Origin: Candidatus Bathyarchaeota archaeon
Lineage (GTDB): Archaea; Thermoproteota; Bathyarchaeia; Bathyarchaeales; Bathycorpusculaceae
Assembly (NCBI GenBank): GCA_963775685.1
Contig: CAVZJV010000014.1
Coordinates: 1,344,001 to 1,408,000, forward strand
Length of the DNA stretch: 64,000 nucleotides
Direction of reading: 5' to 3'
Made by a program: the position numbers and the translations under genes. The notes beneath the pieces are model-generated. The model saw nothing but the letters and a program-made list of their open reading frames with translations, made no database searches and had not been told where the DNA came from. Shown piece by piece: positions 30,153-39,714 of the stretch; position 1 is the stretch's first letter; the number at the start of each line of letters is the position of its first letter.

Positions 30153-30755
30153 ATGAAAAGAGTTAATATGTTTCTAACCCTACTGATTGCGTCTATAGCG
30201 GCTCTAATAGCTGCAACAGCAATCGGCTTTGCCATATTCGCCCAAACCCAAAACTCAGCCAACTGGATGAGCCAAATGTTTGGAGGCACAAGTGGTACAA
30301 ACGGCATGGGCAGCATGATGGGACAAACAGGAACCACAACATCAAGCGGTCTGCTATCTTACTTTGGCGTCTTGTTCGTGGTCTTAATCGTTGTTACAAT
30401 CATGGGGATTGTCGGTGTTGGTTATTATCTGCTGTACCCCCAAATTCGAGTCGGGAGTGTAGGAGTTATTCAATCTGTACAAAACATTGCTGCAACTCAG
30501 CCAGGCGCAAATGGGTCAACAGCCTACGAATCTGTCGCCAAAACCCTTACTGAAGAAGAACGCAAAATCATAGAGGTCTTAACCAACCACAAAGGCAGAT
30601 ACCTCCAAAAATACATTCGAAACGAAACAGGCCTAAGCAGACTCCAAACCCACCGAATAATCGCACGCTTAGCCGACAGAGGAATCGTTTCACTTGAAAA
30701 AACTGGAAACACCAACCAAGTCTATCTGGCAAGCTGGCTGCAACAAAAAATCTAA
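30153..30755 (+). CDS. Membrane-anchored winged-HTH regulator with a Met/Gly-rich loop
   Basis: Two TM helices flanking GMGSMMG; LTEEERKII...QKYIRNETGLSRLQTHRIIARLADRGIV wHTH. Confidence 0.8.
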   Translation: MKRVNMFLTLLIASIAALIAATAIGFAIFAQTQNSANWMSQMFGGTSGTNGMGSMMGQTGTTTSSGLLSYFGVLFVVLIVVTIMGIVGVGYYLLYPQIRVGSVGVIQSVQNIAATQPGANGSTAYESVAKTLTEEERKIIEVLTNHKGRYLQKYIRNETGLSRLQTHRIIARLADRGIVSLEKTGNTNQVYLASWLQQKI

Positions 30756-31653
30756 CTACATAAGCAGGCTATAGCTCTTAAAATTTAGGGCAAATTCCAA
30801 AACCAGGCTTTTTTTACGATTTATTGGTCAATTAGATTGAGTCTGAGGTTTATTTTTCAATGAAACTATCCCGCAGTAACTGTTGATCTCTCGAAAATAA
30901 AACAACATGAAGAAAACGCCTATAGCTTGTAAATTTGGGCTAGCGCAGTGACTGCAAAATACAAAGCAAAAGAATTAATAGCCCACGCAAGACACCCAAA
31001 AGATAACAGAATTATGCCAACTGTTCTTTCTGAGAATAGATGCGTAATGGAACAGGATTACACCGATGACTAACATTACAATTGGAGCTACACCAACCAA
31101 CTGCCGTAGATTTGCAATATGACATTAAGTAAACTCAATAGATTTTGAATACAAGTTTGCAGAATTCATTTAAAAATTTTTCCTAAACTGCAAGCACTTA
31201 CTGTTTAGCGTCTGGTGCGGGCTAGAACAGAGTATTAAGCCAAAAAGTCTCGGTAAAATCAGCATAGAATAGTTGTTGTTTCATTCTGTGACAACATCGC
31301 CTTATATCATTTAAAGGAGGTAGGGATTGCAAGGATGAATTAACTAAGAGCCAAGCTGAGCGGGTCTGGCGGCTAAAAGGGCATGGCGCTTGTCCACTAT
31401 TTTTTCGCCCTGCTAATGATAGCCCACGGCTAAATCCGCCCACCAAACATCTTTTTGCCCCCCAAAAAAAGACAACAAAAATTTTTTGGCAAAACAAGGT
31501 AATCACAAATTCTCATTAAGCTTGATTTTCAGATAGAAAAGGCTTTTGCTTTTAAACATTTTTGTGGATAACTGTAAAAAAAATATCGAAACACCACAAA
31601 CTATTTATTTTAACTTTGCTGTAACTTTTAAAGTACGTGGAGTTATAAGAGGC

Positions 31654-31710
31654 ATGAATACGAGGGATCGTCACCTCAATAGCTGGGATCGATGGGTACA
31701 AATTCTCTAA
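31654..31710 (+). promoter_or_regulatory. Candidate leader peptide of the ilvBN operon (MNTRDRHLNSWDRWVQIL*)
   Basis: ATG about 20 nt after TATA-like CTTTTAAAG; ends with Val-Gln-Ile-Leu codons; alternative hairpins between its stop and the ilvB RBS. Confidence 0.5.
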
Positions 31711-31803
31711 TTCGCTCAGGTTACCCTCTAAACAAACCACGAACTTTTCTCAGCTAATTTTTTCTGACGAAAGTATACGCTTTTCAACTTATAGGAGACT
31801 GAA

Positions 31804-33516
31804 TTGAAAATGGCTAAAATGTCTGGTGCACAAGCACTCTTAGAATCCCTAGAAAAACAAAACGTTGATACAATCTTCGGCATCTTAGGCGGAGCCATCC
31901 TCCCAGTCTATGATGCATTATGCGGCAACAAGAAAATACGTCATATCCTTGCAAGACACGAGCAATGCGCCGCCCACGAAGCCGAAGGTTACGCAAGAGC
32001 CAGTGGAAGAGCAGGCGTATGCATGGCAACAAGCGGTCCAGGAGCCACCAACCTTGTCACAGGCATCGCCAACGCCTACATGGACTCTTCCCCGATCATC
32101 GCCTTAACAGGCCAAGTGCCCTCAGAAGGCGCCAACACAAGCTATATGATTGGGCGAGATGCCTTTCAGGAAGCAGACATAATCGGCATCGTAACAGCGG
32201 TCACCAAATACAGTTACCAACCAAGAACAGTCGCAGAAATCCCAGTTGCAGTCAACAGCGCATTCCACATAGCAACCACAGGGAGACCAGGACCAGTGCT
32301 CATCGACTTACCCAAGAACATTCAAGCCGGAGTCGCAGACATCGAAATCACAGATAAAATCGATGCAGCAGGCTACAAATTAATAACCGAACCTGACCTT
32401 GCTAAAATCAGCGAAGCCTCCGACTTATTATCCAGAGCTGAATGCCCAATAATATTGGCAGGGGGCGGAGTCATAACCGCAGAGGCATCAAACGAAATAG
32501 TACAAATGTCAGACTTACTAATGGCGCCTGTCGCAACAACGTTTATGGGCAAAGGAGCCTTCCCAGAAACCCACCCCTTATCGCTGGGTAGCATAGGAAT
32601 GCATGGTAACCCGGCCGCCAACAAAATGATAAGCGAAGCAGATGTGCTACTGGCTGTAGGCACAAGATTCTCCGACCGAGCAACCGCAAATCTCGACACG
32701 TTCGCCCCGAACGCCAAGAAAATCCACATCGAAATTGACAATGCCGAAATCAACAAAAACATAGAAGTTGACGTGCCAATTGTCGCCGACGCAAAAGTCG
32801 CGTTGAAAATTTTGATCGCAGCAACCTCAAAGAAGCTTCAAAAAGGAGAAGGAAAGAACTGGTCTAAGCGTGTCAAAGAAGTCAAAGAACAGCTCAGCCC
32901 ACTGTTGAAGGATTTGCCAAGAGACGTGGTTCCCAAAGCTCTGCTAAGTGAACTAAGAAAACTGTTACCGGGGAACGCAATAGTCACAACTGAGGTGGGT
33001 CAGAACCAAATGTGGTCAGCCTTATACTTTCAAGCATTAAAGCCCCGGACGTTCATCAGCTCTGGCGGGCTTGGCACGATGGGATTCGGGTTCCCAGCGG
33101 CCATCGGCGCTAAAGTTGCATGCCCCAGTCGGCCAGTTGTGGACATCGCAGGCGACGGCAGCTTTATTATGAGCGAGCAGGAATTAGCGTGCTCAGTTAA
33201 CGAAGACATTCCTGTTACCGTCATCGTCCTAAACAATTCCGTCTTAGGGATGGTGGCGCAGTGGCAGCGTATGCTCTATAATCGCCGCTACATGGCAGTC
33301 AACTTGGGCAAAACACCAAACTTCGTTAAACTAGCAGAAGCATACGGAGCACAAGGCATAAGAGCAACCTCCATTGAGGAGTTCCAAAAGGCAGTTAAGA
33401 TAGCACTAACCAGTAAAGTAACCACGGTAATCGATGTGCCTATAGGCTCAGAAACTGATGTGGTTCCCTTTGTGCCTCCAGGCTGCGGTTTACCCCAACA
33501 GAGAGGTGACTACTAA
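31804..33516 (+). CDS. ilvB: Acetolactate synthase large subunit
   Basis: RHEQ, TSGPGATN, SGGLGTMGFG, GDGS ThDP motif, GMVAQWQ. Confidence 0.96.
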   Translation: MKMAKMSGAQALLESLEKQNVDTIFGILGGAILPVYDALCGNKKIRHILARHEQCAAHEAEGYARASGRAGVCMATSGPGATNLVTGIANAYMDSSPIIALTGQVPSEGANTSYMIGRDAFQEADIIGIVTAVTKYSYQPRTVAEIPVAVNSAFHIATTGRPGPVLIDLPKNIQAGVADIEITDKIDAAGYKLITEPDLAKISEASDLLSRAECPIILAGGGVITAEASNEIVQMSDLLMAPVATTFMGKGAFPETHPLSLGSIGMHGNPAANKMISEADVLLAVGTRFSDRATANLDTFAPNAKKIHIEIDNAEINKNIEVDVPIVADAKVALKILIAATSKKLQKGEGKNWSKRVKEVKEQLSPLLKDLPRDVVPKALLSELRKLLPGNAIVTTEVGQNQMWSALYFQALKPRTFISSGGLGTMGFGFPAAIGAKVACPSRPVVDIAGDGSFIMSEQELACSVNEDIPVTVIVLNNSVLGMVAQWQRMLYNRRYMAVNLGKTPNFVKLAEAYGAQGIRATSIEEFQKAVKIALTSKVTTVIDVPIGSETDVVPFVPPGCGLPQQRGDY

Positions 33517-34028
33517 TGGAAGCCGGAAAAACAAAAGTCATAAGCGTCCTGGTAGAAAACAAGCCGGGAGTTCTGCATCTCATCGCCAACCTATTCCGCC
33601 GCAGAAACTTTAACATCGAAAGCATCACCGTCGGACCCACCCAACAACCAACCATAGCTCGCATGACCATCACGGTCAACGAAGACGAAAAAACAATTGA
33701 CCAAGTCATCAAACAAGTCGCCAAACAAATCGATGTCCTCAAAGTAAGCGAACTCGAACAAGGCGGCTTTGTCATGCGTGAACTCGCACTCATAAAAGTC
33801 AAAGTCAACGACTCCAAAGAACGCAGCGACATCATCAACTTCGTAGAGGTTTTCCGCGGCAGAATCATCGACGTCTCAACCGACAGCTTAACCGTTGAAA
33901 TCACAGGAACCCCCGATAAAATCGATGCCTTCCTCAACCTCATGAAAACCTTCGGAATCATCGAATTAGCCAGAACAGGCATAACAGCCCTAGCCAGAGG
34001 AGCAAAATCAATAAAAATCGACCAATAA
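33516..34028 (+). CDS. ilvN: Acetolactate synthase regulatory subunit
   Basis: LVENKPGVL, FNIESITV ACT domain, ELARTG. Confidence 0.95.
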   Translation: MEAGKTKVISVLVENKPGVLHLIANLFRRRNFNIESITVGPTQQPTIARMTITVNEDEKTIDQVIKQVAKQIDVLKVSELEQGGFVMRELALIKVKVNDSKERSDIINFVEVFRGRIIDVSTDSLTVEITGTPDKIDAFLNLMKTFGIIELARTGITALARGAKSIKIDQ

Positions 34029-34127
34029 ATCGCATCAACAAAGCGGAAACCCTTAATTCCTTGTTCTTTTAAAAATCCCAATTATCACAAGTATCTTTAG
34101 ACTAATTTCGAGGATAAGCGACCAACA

Positions 34128-35396
34128 ATGAATATTACAGAAAAAATCTTGGCTAAAGCTTCAGGAAAAAAAGTCGTGCATCCAGGCGAAATCATCGATG
34201 CAAGCGTCGATATGGTTATGGTGCATGACTTAACTGGACCTTTGGCTGTCGAAGCTTTCAAAAAAATAGGCGTCCCAAAAGTGTGGGACAACAAAAAAGT
34301 AGTCGTAATTCTGGACCACCAGGTTCCTGCAGAATCTGTCAAAGCAGCAGAACTACACAAAACCATGAGGCAATTTACCAAAGACCAAAACCTCACATTA
34401 TACGATGTTGGTAGAGGCGGAATTTGCCACCAAGTTATGCCTGAAAAAGGACACGTGACCCCCGGCTCAGTCATCGTAGGAGCAGACAGCCACACCTGCA
34501 CCTACGGAGCATTCGGGGCGTTTGCGACAGGCATCGGCTCAACTGAAGCAGCAGCCGTTTTTGCTACGGGAAAAATCTGGTTCAAAGTTCCTCCAACAAT
34601 TAAAGTAAACGTAAAAGGCAGCTTCCCAAAGTATGTCACAGCAAAAGACCTAATCCTACACATTATTGGCAAACTAAGCGTGGATGGCGCCATATACAAA
34701 GCCGCCGAATTCACAGGGGCAACCATCAAAGACATGACCGTTGCAGGTCGAATGACTGTATGCAATATGGCTGTTGAGATGGGCGCCAAAAACGGCATAA
34801 TCGCACCCGATGAAACCACACACAAGTTCTTGGAGAGCAGAATCAAAGCCATGCCAGATTTCAAACCGTTGCAAAGCGACAAAGATGCGGTTTACGAGAA
34901 GATTGAAGAATTTGACGTTTCAAAGATGACGCCCCAAGTAGCTTGCCCATCGTCAGTGGACAATGTGAAGGCCGTCTCAGAAGTCGGCAACGTACCAATC
35001 GAGCAGGCATTCATCGGTTCCTGCACCAACGGCAGATTAGAAGATTTACGCTTAGCCGCCCAAGTCCTAAAAGGCAAAACCGTCAAGGAAGGCGTAAGGG
35101 CACTGGTGATTCCTGCTTCACAAGAAGTCTACCGCCAAGCCATGCAAGAAGGCTTACTGGAAATCTTCACCGATGCAGGCGCAATCGTTTGCGGGTCAGC
35201 GTGCGGACCCTGCCTAGGCGGGCACATTGGCTTGCTGGCAGCGGGCGAAACATGCGTCAGCAGTAGCAATCGCAACTTCATCGGCAGAATGGGCAGTACC
35301 CAAGCCAACGTCTACCTGGCTTCACCTGCAACGGTGGCAGCTTCAGCGGTTACAGGCAAATTAACCGACCCCACAACTCTGGAGGCAAAACCATGA
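34128..35396 (+). CDS. leuC: 3-isopropylmalate dehydratase large subunit
   Basis: GADSHTCT, FIGSCTNGR, CGPCLG, SNRNFIGRMG. Confidence 0.93.
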   Translation: MNITEKILAKASGKKVVHPGEIIDASVDMVMVHDLTGPLAVEAFKKIGVPKVWDNKKVVVILDHQVPAESVKAAELHKTMRQFTKDQNLTLYDVGRGGICHQVMPEKGHVTPGSVIVGADSHTCTYGAFGAFATGIGSTEAAAVFATGKIWFKVPPTIKVNVKGSFPKYVTAKDLILHIIGKLSVDGAIYKAAEFTGATIKDMTVAGRMTVCNMAVEMGAKNGIIAPDETTHKFLESRIKAMPDFKPLQSDKDAVYEKIEEFDVSKMTPQVACPSSVDNVKAVSEVGNVPIEQAFIGSCTNGRLEDLRLAAQVLKGKTVKEGVRALVIPASQEVYRQAMQEGLLEIFTDAGAIVCGSACGPCLGGHIGLLAAGETCVSSSNRNFIGRMGSTQANVYLASPATVAASAVTGKLTDPTTLEAKP

Positions 35397-35893
35397 ACAG
35401 CAAAATAAAAGCACCAGTTATAGTGTTCGGCAACAACATTGACACCGATGTCATCTTACCAGGCAAATACCTAATTCTAGTTGACCCCACCGAGTTGGGC
35501 AAACACGCATTAGAAAACTTAGACACCGAATTTGTAGCGAAGGCTAAAGGTGGCGTCATCTTAGTGGGCGGCAAAAACTTTGGCTGCGGGTCAAGCCGAG
35601 AACAAGCACCTCTGGCGCTGAAGTACTCAGGCGTAAAATGTGTCATCGCTGAATCGTTCGCCAGAATCTTCTTCCGAAACGCCATAAACATCGGCTTACC
35701 TGTCCTAGAATGCAAAGGCATATCCGACGCCGTTAAAACAGGTGACACCTTAGGCGTAGATTTTGAAGCAGGCAAGATAGAAAACACTTCCAACGGCAAA
35801 AAGTTTCAAGTAGACAAGCTTCCACCATTCATCTTAGAAATACTATCAGATGGCGGATTAATCGAAAATCTACGAAGGAAAATGAAAAAATGA
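35393..35893 (+). CDS. leuD: 3-isopropylmalate dehydratase small subunit
   Basis: NIDTDVILP, NFGCGSSREQA, SFARIFFRN. Confidence 0.93.
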   Translation: MNSKIKAPVIVFGNNIDTDVILPGKYLILVDPTELGKHALENLDTEFVAKAKGGVILVGGKNFGCGSSREQAPLALKYSGVKCVIAESFARIFFRNAINIGLPVLECKGISDAVKTGDTLGVDFEAGKIENTSNGKKFQVDKLPPFILEILSDGGLIENLRRKMKK

Positions 35894-36927
35894 CAGAATA
35901 CAAAATATCCCTAATTCCAGGCGACGGCATCGGACCAGAATTAACCGAAGCCACCCTAAAAGTCCTATACTCAGTTCAGAAAAAATTCGGCCTAAAACTA
36001 AAAATCATCGATGCTCCAGCAGGAGACATCGCACTTGAAACGCTTGGAGCCGCTCTCCCAGCAGACACTGTGGAAAAAATCAAAGATTCCCACGTCTGCC
36101 TGAAAGGTCCAGTTGGCGAATCTGCAGCAGCCGTCATAGTTAAACTCCGAATCATGTTTGACCTCTACGCTAACCTGCGCCCCCTCAAAGCCTACCCTAA
36201 CGTCAAAGTCGCCCATCCAGACATCGACATGTACTTTGTCCGCGAAAATACTGAGGACGTTTACAAGGGTTTAGAATTCACAATAGGCAACGACACCACA
36301 CTTTGCCTTCGAGTTATCACACGCAAGAATTGCGAACGTATTGCCAAAAAAGCATTCGAAATCGCACGTCTACGTAACGGCAAAAAGAAAGTCACCGCCA
36401 TCCACAAAGCCAACGTCATGCGCGTAACCGATGGCTTATTTGCCAGCGTCTGCCGCGAAACCGCAAAACAGTATCCAGACATCGCGTTTAACGAACTCTA
36501 CGTTGACGCAGCATCAATGCGATTAATCAAGGAACCAGAAATATTCGATGTGTTCTGCACTTGCAACATGTTCGGCGACATACTCAGCGATGAAGCCGCA
36601 CAGCAAATCGGCGGCTTAGGCATGGCCCCAGGCGCAAACATAGGCGACAACTTCGGTCTCTTTGAACCTATCCACGGCTCCGCACCAAACAGAGCAGGAA
36701 AACACACAGCCAATCCAATCTCCATGATACTCTCCGCTAAAATGATGCTAGAGTGGTTAGGAGAAAAATATGGCGACAAGAAATGCTTACAAGCAGGTGC
36801 AGCCATAGAGAAAGGAGTAATATACGCTTTAAGTAATGGTCAATCTGTTCCAGACTGCGGCGGCAAAACCACGACTGTTGGGATGGCGGAAGCTATTGCT
36901 GAGGCGTTAACCGTTAAAAGTGGCTGA
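35890..36927 (+). CDS. leuB: 3-isopropylmalate dehydrogenase
   Basis: GDGIGPE, RENTED, NMFGDILSD, EPIHGSAP; operon context. Confidence 0.88.
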   Translation: MTEYKISLIPGDGIGPELTEATLKVLYSVQKKFGLKLKIIDAPAGDIALETLGAALPADTVEKIKDSHVCLKGPVGESAAAVIVKLRIMFDLYANLRPLKAYPNVKVAHPDIDMYFVRENTEDVYKGLEFTIGNDTTLCLRVITRKNCERIAKKAFEIARLRNGKKKVTAIHKANVMRVTDGLFASVCRETAKQYPDIAFNELYVDAASMRLIKEPEIFDVFCTCNMFGDILSDEAAQQIGGLGMAPGANIGDNFGLFEPIHGSAPNRAGKHTANPISMILSAKMMLEWLGEKYGDKKCLQAGAAIEKGVIYALSNGQSVPDCGGKTTTVGMAEAIAEALTVKSG

Positions 36928-38461
36928 AAGCATGACCTCAAATAAAGCACTTACCCATATCCGCATTTTAGATACAACCTTAAGAGATGGGGAACAAACC
37001 CCCGGAGTTTCTTTAACAGCTGACGACAAAATTGAGATTGCAGGCCAACTAAGCAAACTAGGCGTTGATGTTATAGAAGCTGGGTTTCCAAGCTCATCTG
37101 AAGGCGAAAAAAAAGTCGTTAAAGACATCGCCAAACTGGGCTTGACCTCGGAAATTTGCGCATTAGCCCGAGCAACAAAGGGTGACATCGATGCAGCCCT
37201 TTCCTGCGACGTTGATTTAATCCATGTTTTCATACCAACCTCACCAGTTCAGATGCAATATGCCGTCAACTTGACCCCCGAACAAGTATTAGCTTCAGCA
37301 GTGGACTCAATTGAATATGTTAAAAAACAAGGCGTAAAATGCGAGTTTTCACCCATGGACGCCACCCGCAGCGAATTGCAGTTCTTAAAAAAAGTCTGCA
37401 AAGCCGCCCAAGACGCAGGCATGGACACCCTAAACGTTCCCGACACCGTCGGTATCATGATTCCCAAAACCACCGCCAAACTAATCGAAGATCTAAAAAC
37501 CGTCGTCACAGTCCCCATAAGCATACACTGCCACGACGACTTCGGTTTGGCAGTTGCAAACTCGCTTGCTGCAGTTGAGGCAGGTGCCGCCCAAGTTCAC
37601 GTTGCTGTTAACGGCTTAGGCGAACGCGCAGGCAACGCTTCACTTGAAGAAGTTGTGATGGCGCTGGAAATTATTTACAAGTATAAAACAGGCGTCAACA
37701 CCCGATTGCTTTACAGCACTTCACGAATGGTTGCTTCCTTAACAGGCATTACTGTTCAGGCTAACAAGGCAATTGTCGGCGAAAACGCGTTTGCCCACGA
37801 ATCGGGCATTCATACACGCGGTGTAACTGAGAAACCATTAACCTTCGAACCCATAAACCCAGAATTGGTCGGTCGTACAAGGAAACTTGTGGCAGGTAAA
37901 CTGGCAGGAACGCGAGGTATCAAAGCTGAACTCGAAGAAATAGGCATCCACCCCACTGAAGAGCAAATCAAAGAAATCGTTCAGCGCGTCAAAGATTTAG
38001 GCGACAAAGGCAAAATGGTGACAGACGCTGATTTGATAGCATTAACATCAGCTGTTATGGGCGAAGTTATAGGGGAAGAAAAAATCGTTGACCTCTGCGA
38101 CATGGCAGTAGTTACAGGCATCAAAGTCATTCCCACCGCTTCCGTTCGCTTAGTTTTAAATGGAAAAGAATACGTTGCTGCTGAAACAGGCGTGGGACCA
38201 GTAGATGCTGTTCTAAAAGCAATCCAAAAATTAACCAGCAGTATAGAAAACATCAGACTAAGCGAATACCGCCTTGAGGCCATAACAGGAGGTTCAAACG
38301 CCGTTGCTGAAGTTGTTATAAAAGTAGAAGATGAAAAAGGCAACATTGTCTCAGCACGAGCAGCCAGAGAAGACATCGTAATGGCAAGCGTCGAAGCAAT
38401 GATAAACGGTATAAACAAACTCTTGCTTAAAAACCACAATAAGCAGGGAAACAAGAAGTGA
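36920..38461 (+). CDS. leuA: 2-isopropylmalate synthase
   Basis: [26 protein letters not shown], regulatory domain; located in the leuCDB operon. Confidence 0.85.
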   Translation: MAESMTSNKALTHIRILDTTLRDGEQTPGVSLTADDKIEIAGQLSKLGVDVIEAGFPSSSEGEKKVVKDIAKLGLTSEICALARATKGDIDAALSCDVDLIHVFIPTSPVQMQYAVNLTPEQVLASAVDSIEYVKKQGVKCEFSPMDATRSELQFLKKVCKAAQDAGMDTLNVPDTVGIMIPKTTAKLIEDLKTVVTVPISIHCHDDFGLAVANSLAAVEAGAAQVHVAVNGLGERAGNASLEEVVMALEIIYKYKTGVNTRLLYSTSRMVASLTGITVQANKAIVGENAFAHESGIHTRGVTEKPLTFEPINPELVGRTRKLVAGKLAGTRGIKAELEEIGIHPTEEQIKEIVQRVKDLGDKGKMVTDADLIALTSAVMGEVIGEEKIVDLCDMAVVTGIKVIPTASVRLVLNGKEYVAAETGVGPVDAVLKAIQKLTSSIENIRLSEYRLEAITGGSNAVAEVVIKVEDEKGNIVSARAAREDIVMASVEAMINGINKLLLKNHNKQGNKK

Positions 38462-39273
38462 CAACCGTAGCCTTCCAAGGCGAACCGGGCGCATATAGCG
38501 AATCGGCAGTATACCAGTTCTTTGGCTCAAAAGTTCAAGTTAAACCATGCATGGACTTCCGAGACGTTTTCGAGAGTGTAAAGAAGCATGAAGTTCAAGC
38601 TGGTATGGTACCAGTCGAGAATTCCCTTGAAGGCAGCGTCAATCAAAACTACGACTTATTCTTCAATTATGACCTTAAAGTTTTCGGCGAAGTAATAGTA
38701 AAAATAGCACATTGCCTAATCGTCAACCCTGGAACAAACATAGACCAAATCAGATTAGTGTACTCCCATCCGCAAGCTTTAGCGCAATGCCGAAGTTACT
38801 TGGAAAAATCAAAGTGGGAAATTATCCCAACCTACGACACTGCTGGAAGTGTAAAAATAATCAAGGAACAAAAGCTCATAAACGCCGCAGCCATAGCTAG
38901 CGAGAGAGCAGCCGAAATCTACAGCATGGAAATCCTTGCCAAAGACATTGCAGATAACAAAGAAAACTTCACCCGTTTCTTTGTCTTATCCAAAGAAGAT
39001 TCGGCTCCAACTGGAAAGGATAAAACCTCAGTTATCTTCTCAGCAAAACATGAGCCTGGCTCGCTCTACCATGCACTGGGAGAATTCGCAAAAAGAAAAA
39101 TCAATCTAACCAGAATCGAATCAAGACCAACCAAGAAAACTGCATGGGAATACAACTTTTACCTTGATTTTGAAGGACATAGAACTGAGCCTAAATGCGA
39201 TGAAGCCCTAAAAGCTCTTGAGAAATATGCGATTTTCGTCAAAATCTTGGGCTCATATCCTAAAGCTGTTTAG
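38458..39273 (+). CDS. pheA: Prephenate dehydratase
   Basis: FQGEPGAYS, ENSLEGSV, SHPQALAQC, NFTRF, IESRP ACT domain. Confidence 0.95.
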   Translation: MTTVAFQGEPGAYSESAVYQFFGSKVQVKPCMDFRDVFESVKKHEVQAGMVPVENSLEGSVNQNYDLFFNYDLKVFGEVIVKIAHCLIVNPGTNIDQIRLVYSHPQALAQCRSYLEKSKWEIIPTYDTAGSVKIIKEQKLINAAAIASERAAEIYSMEILAKDIADNKENFTRFFVLSKEDSAPTGKDKTSVIFSAKHEPGSLYHALGEFAKRKINLTRIESRPTKKTAWEYNFYLDFEGHRTEPKCDEALKALEKYAIFVKILGSYPKAV

Positions 39274-39336
39274 TTATTTCCTTTTCCCTCTTTTAGACGG
39301 TATAGTTGAAACTTAATTTATTGATTTATCCAAGTA

Positions 39337-39645
39337 CTAAATATTCCGCAAAAAGTCTATCGTCAGAGTAGATTGTTTTGGAAGAACAACGTAGCCTTTC
39401 ATCGCTTTTCCCGGCATATGCTCAAAAACACTAACTATAGGGCAATTTTTCATTATCTCTGTCATTTCAACATCAGATAGCCGTAGAAACAGTTTGTTGC
39501 CGTGAACCTCCACAAACATGTTGCCGTTAACAAAAAACGTAGAGTACCCTAACATCTTCTTGCAATCGCAGCTTTTATCCTTCATTTTTTCTATTATGAA
39601 GTCTACGAGTTCTTGTGGGGCTTTTTTGAATTCCTTAAAAATCAA
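39337..39645 (-). CDS. TfoX N-terminal-domain family protein (C-terminus possibly frameshifted)
   Basis: KKMLG...FVNGNMF...LFLRL...MKGYVVLP. Confidence 0.65.
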   Translation of the reverse strand: MIFKEFKKAPQELVDFIIEKMKDKSCDCKKMLGYSTFFVNGNMFVEVHGNKLFLRLSDVEMTEIMKNCPIVSVFEHMPGKAMKGYVVLPKQSTLTIDFLRNI

Positions 39646-39714
39646 CCAATAATAAAAAATGATTTTAATTACTTTTGTCTTTCTGTCAGGCTTTATCTTC
39701 AGGCGAAAGAGTGA

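Noticed and set aside
34029-34127. Possible Leu-rich leader between ilvN and leuC
   Set aside because: No uORF of useful length was found, only AT-rich promoter-like sequence.
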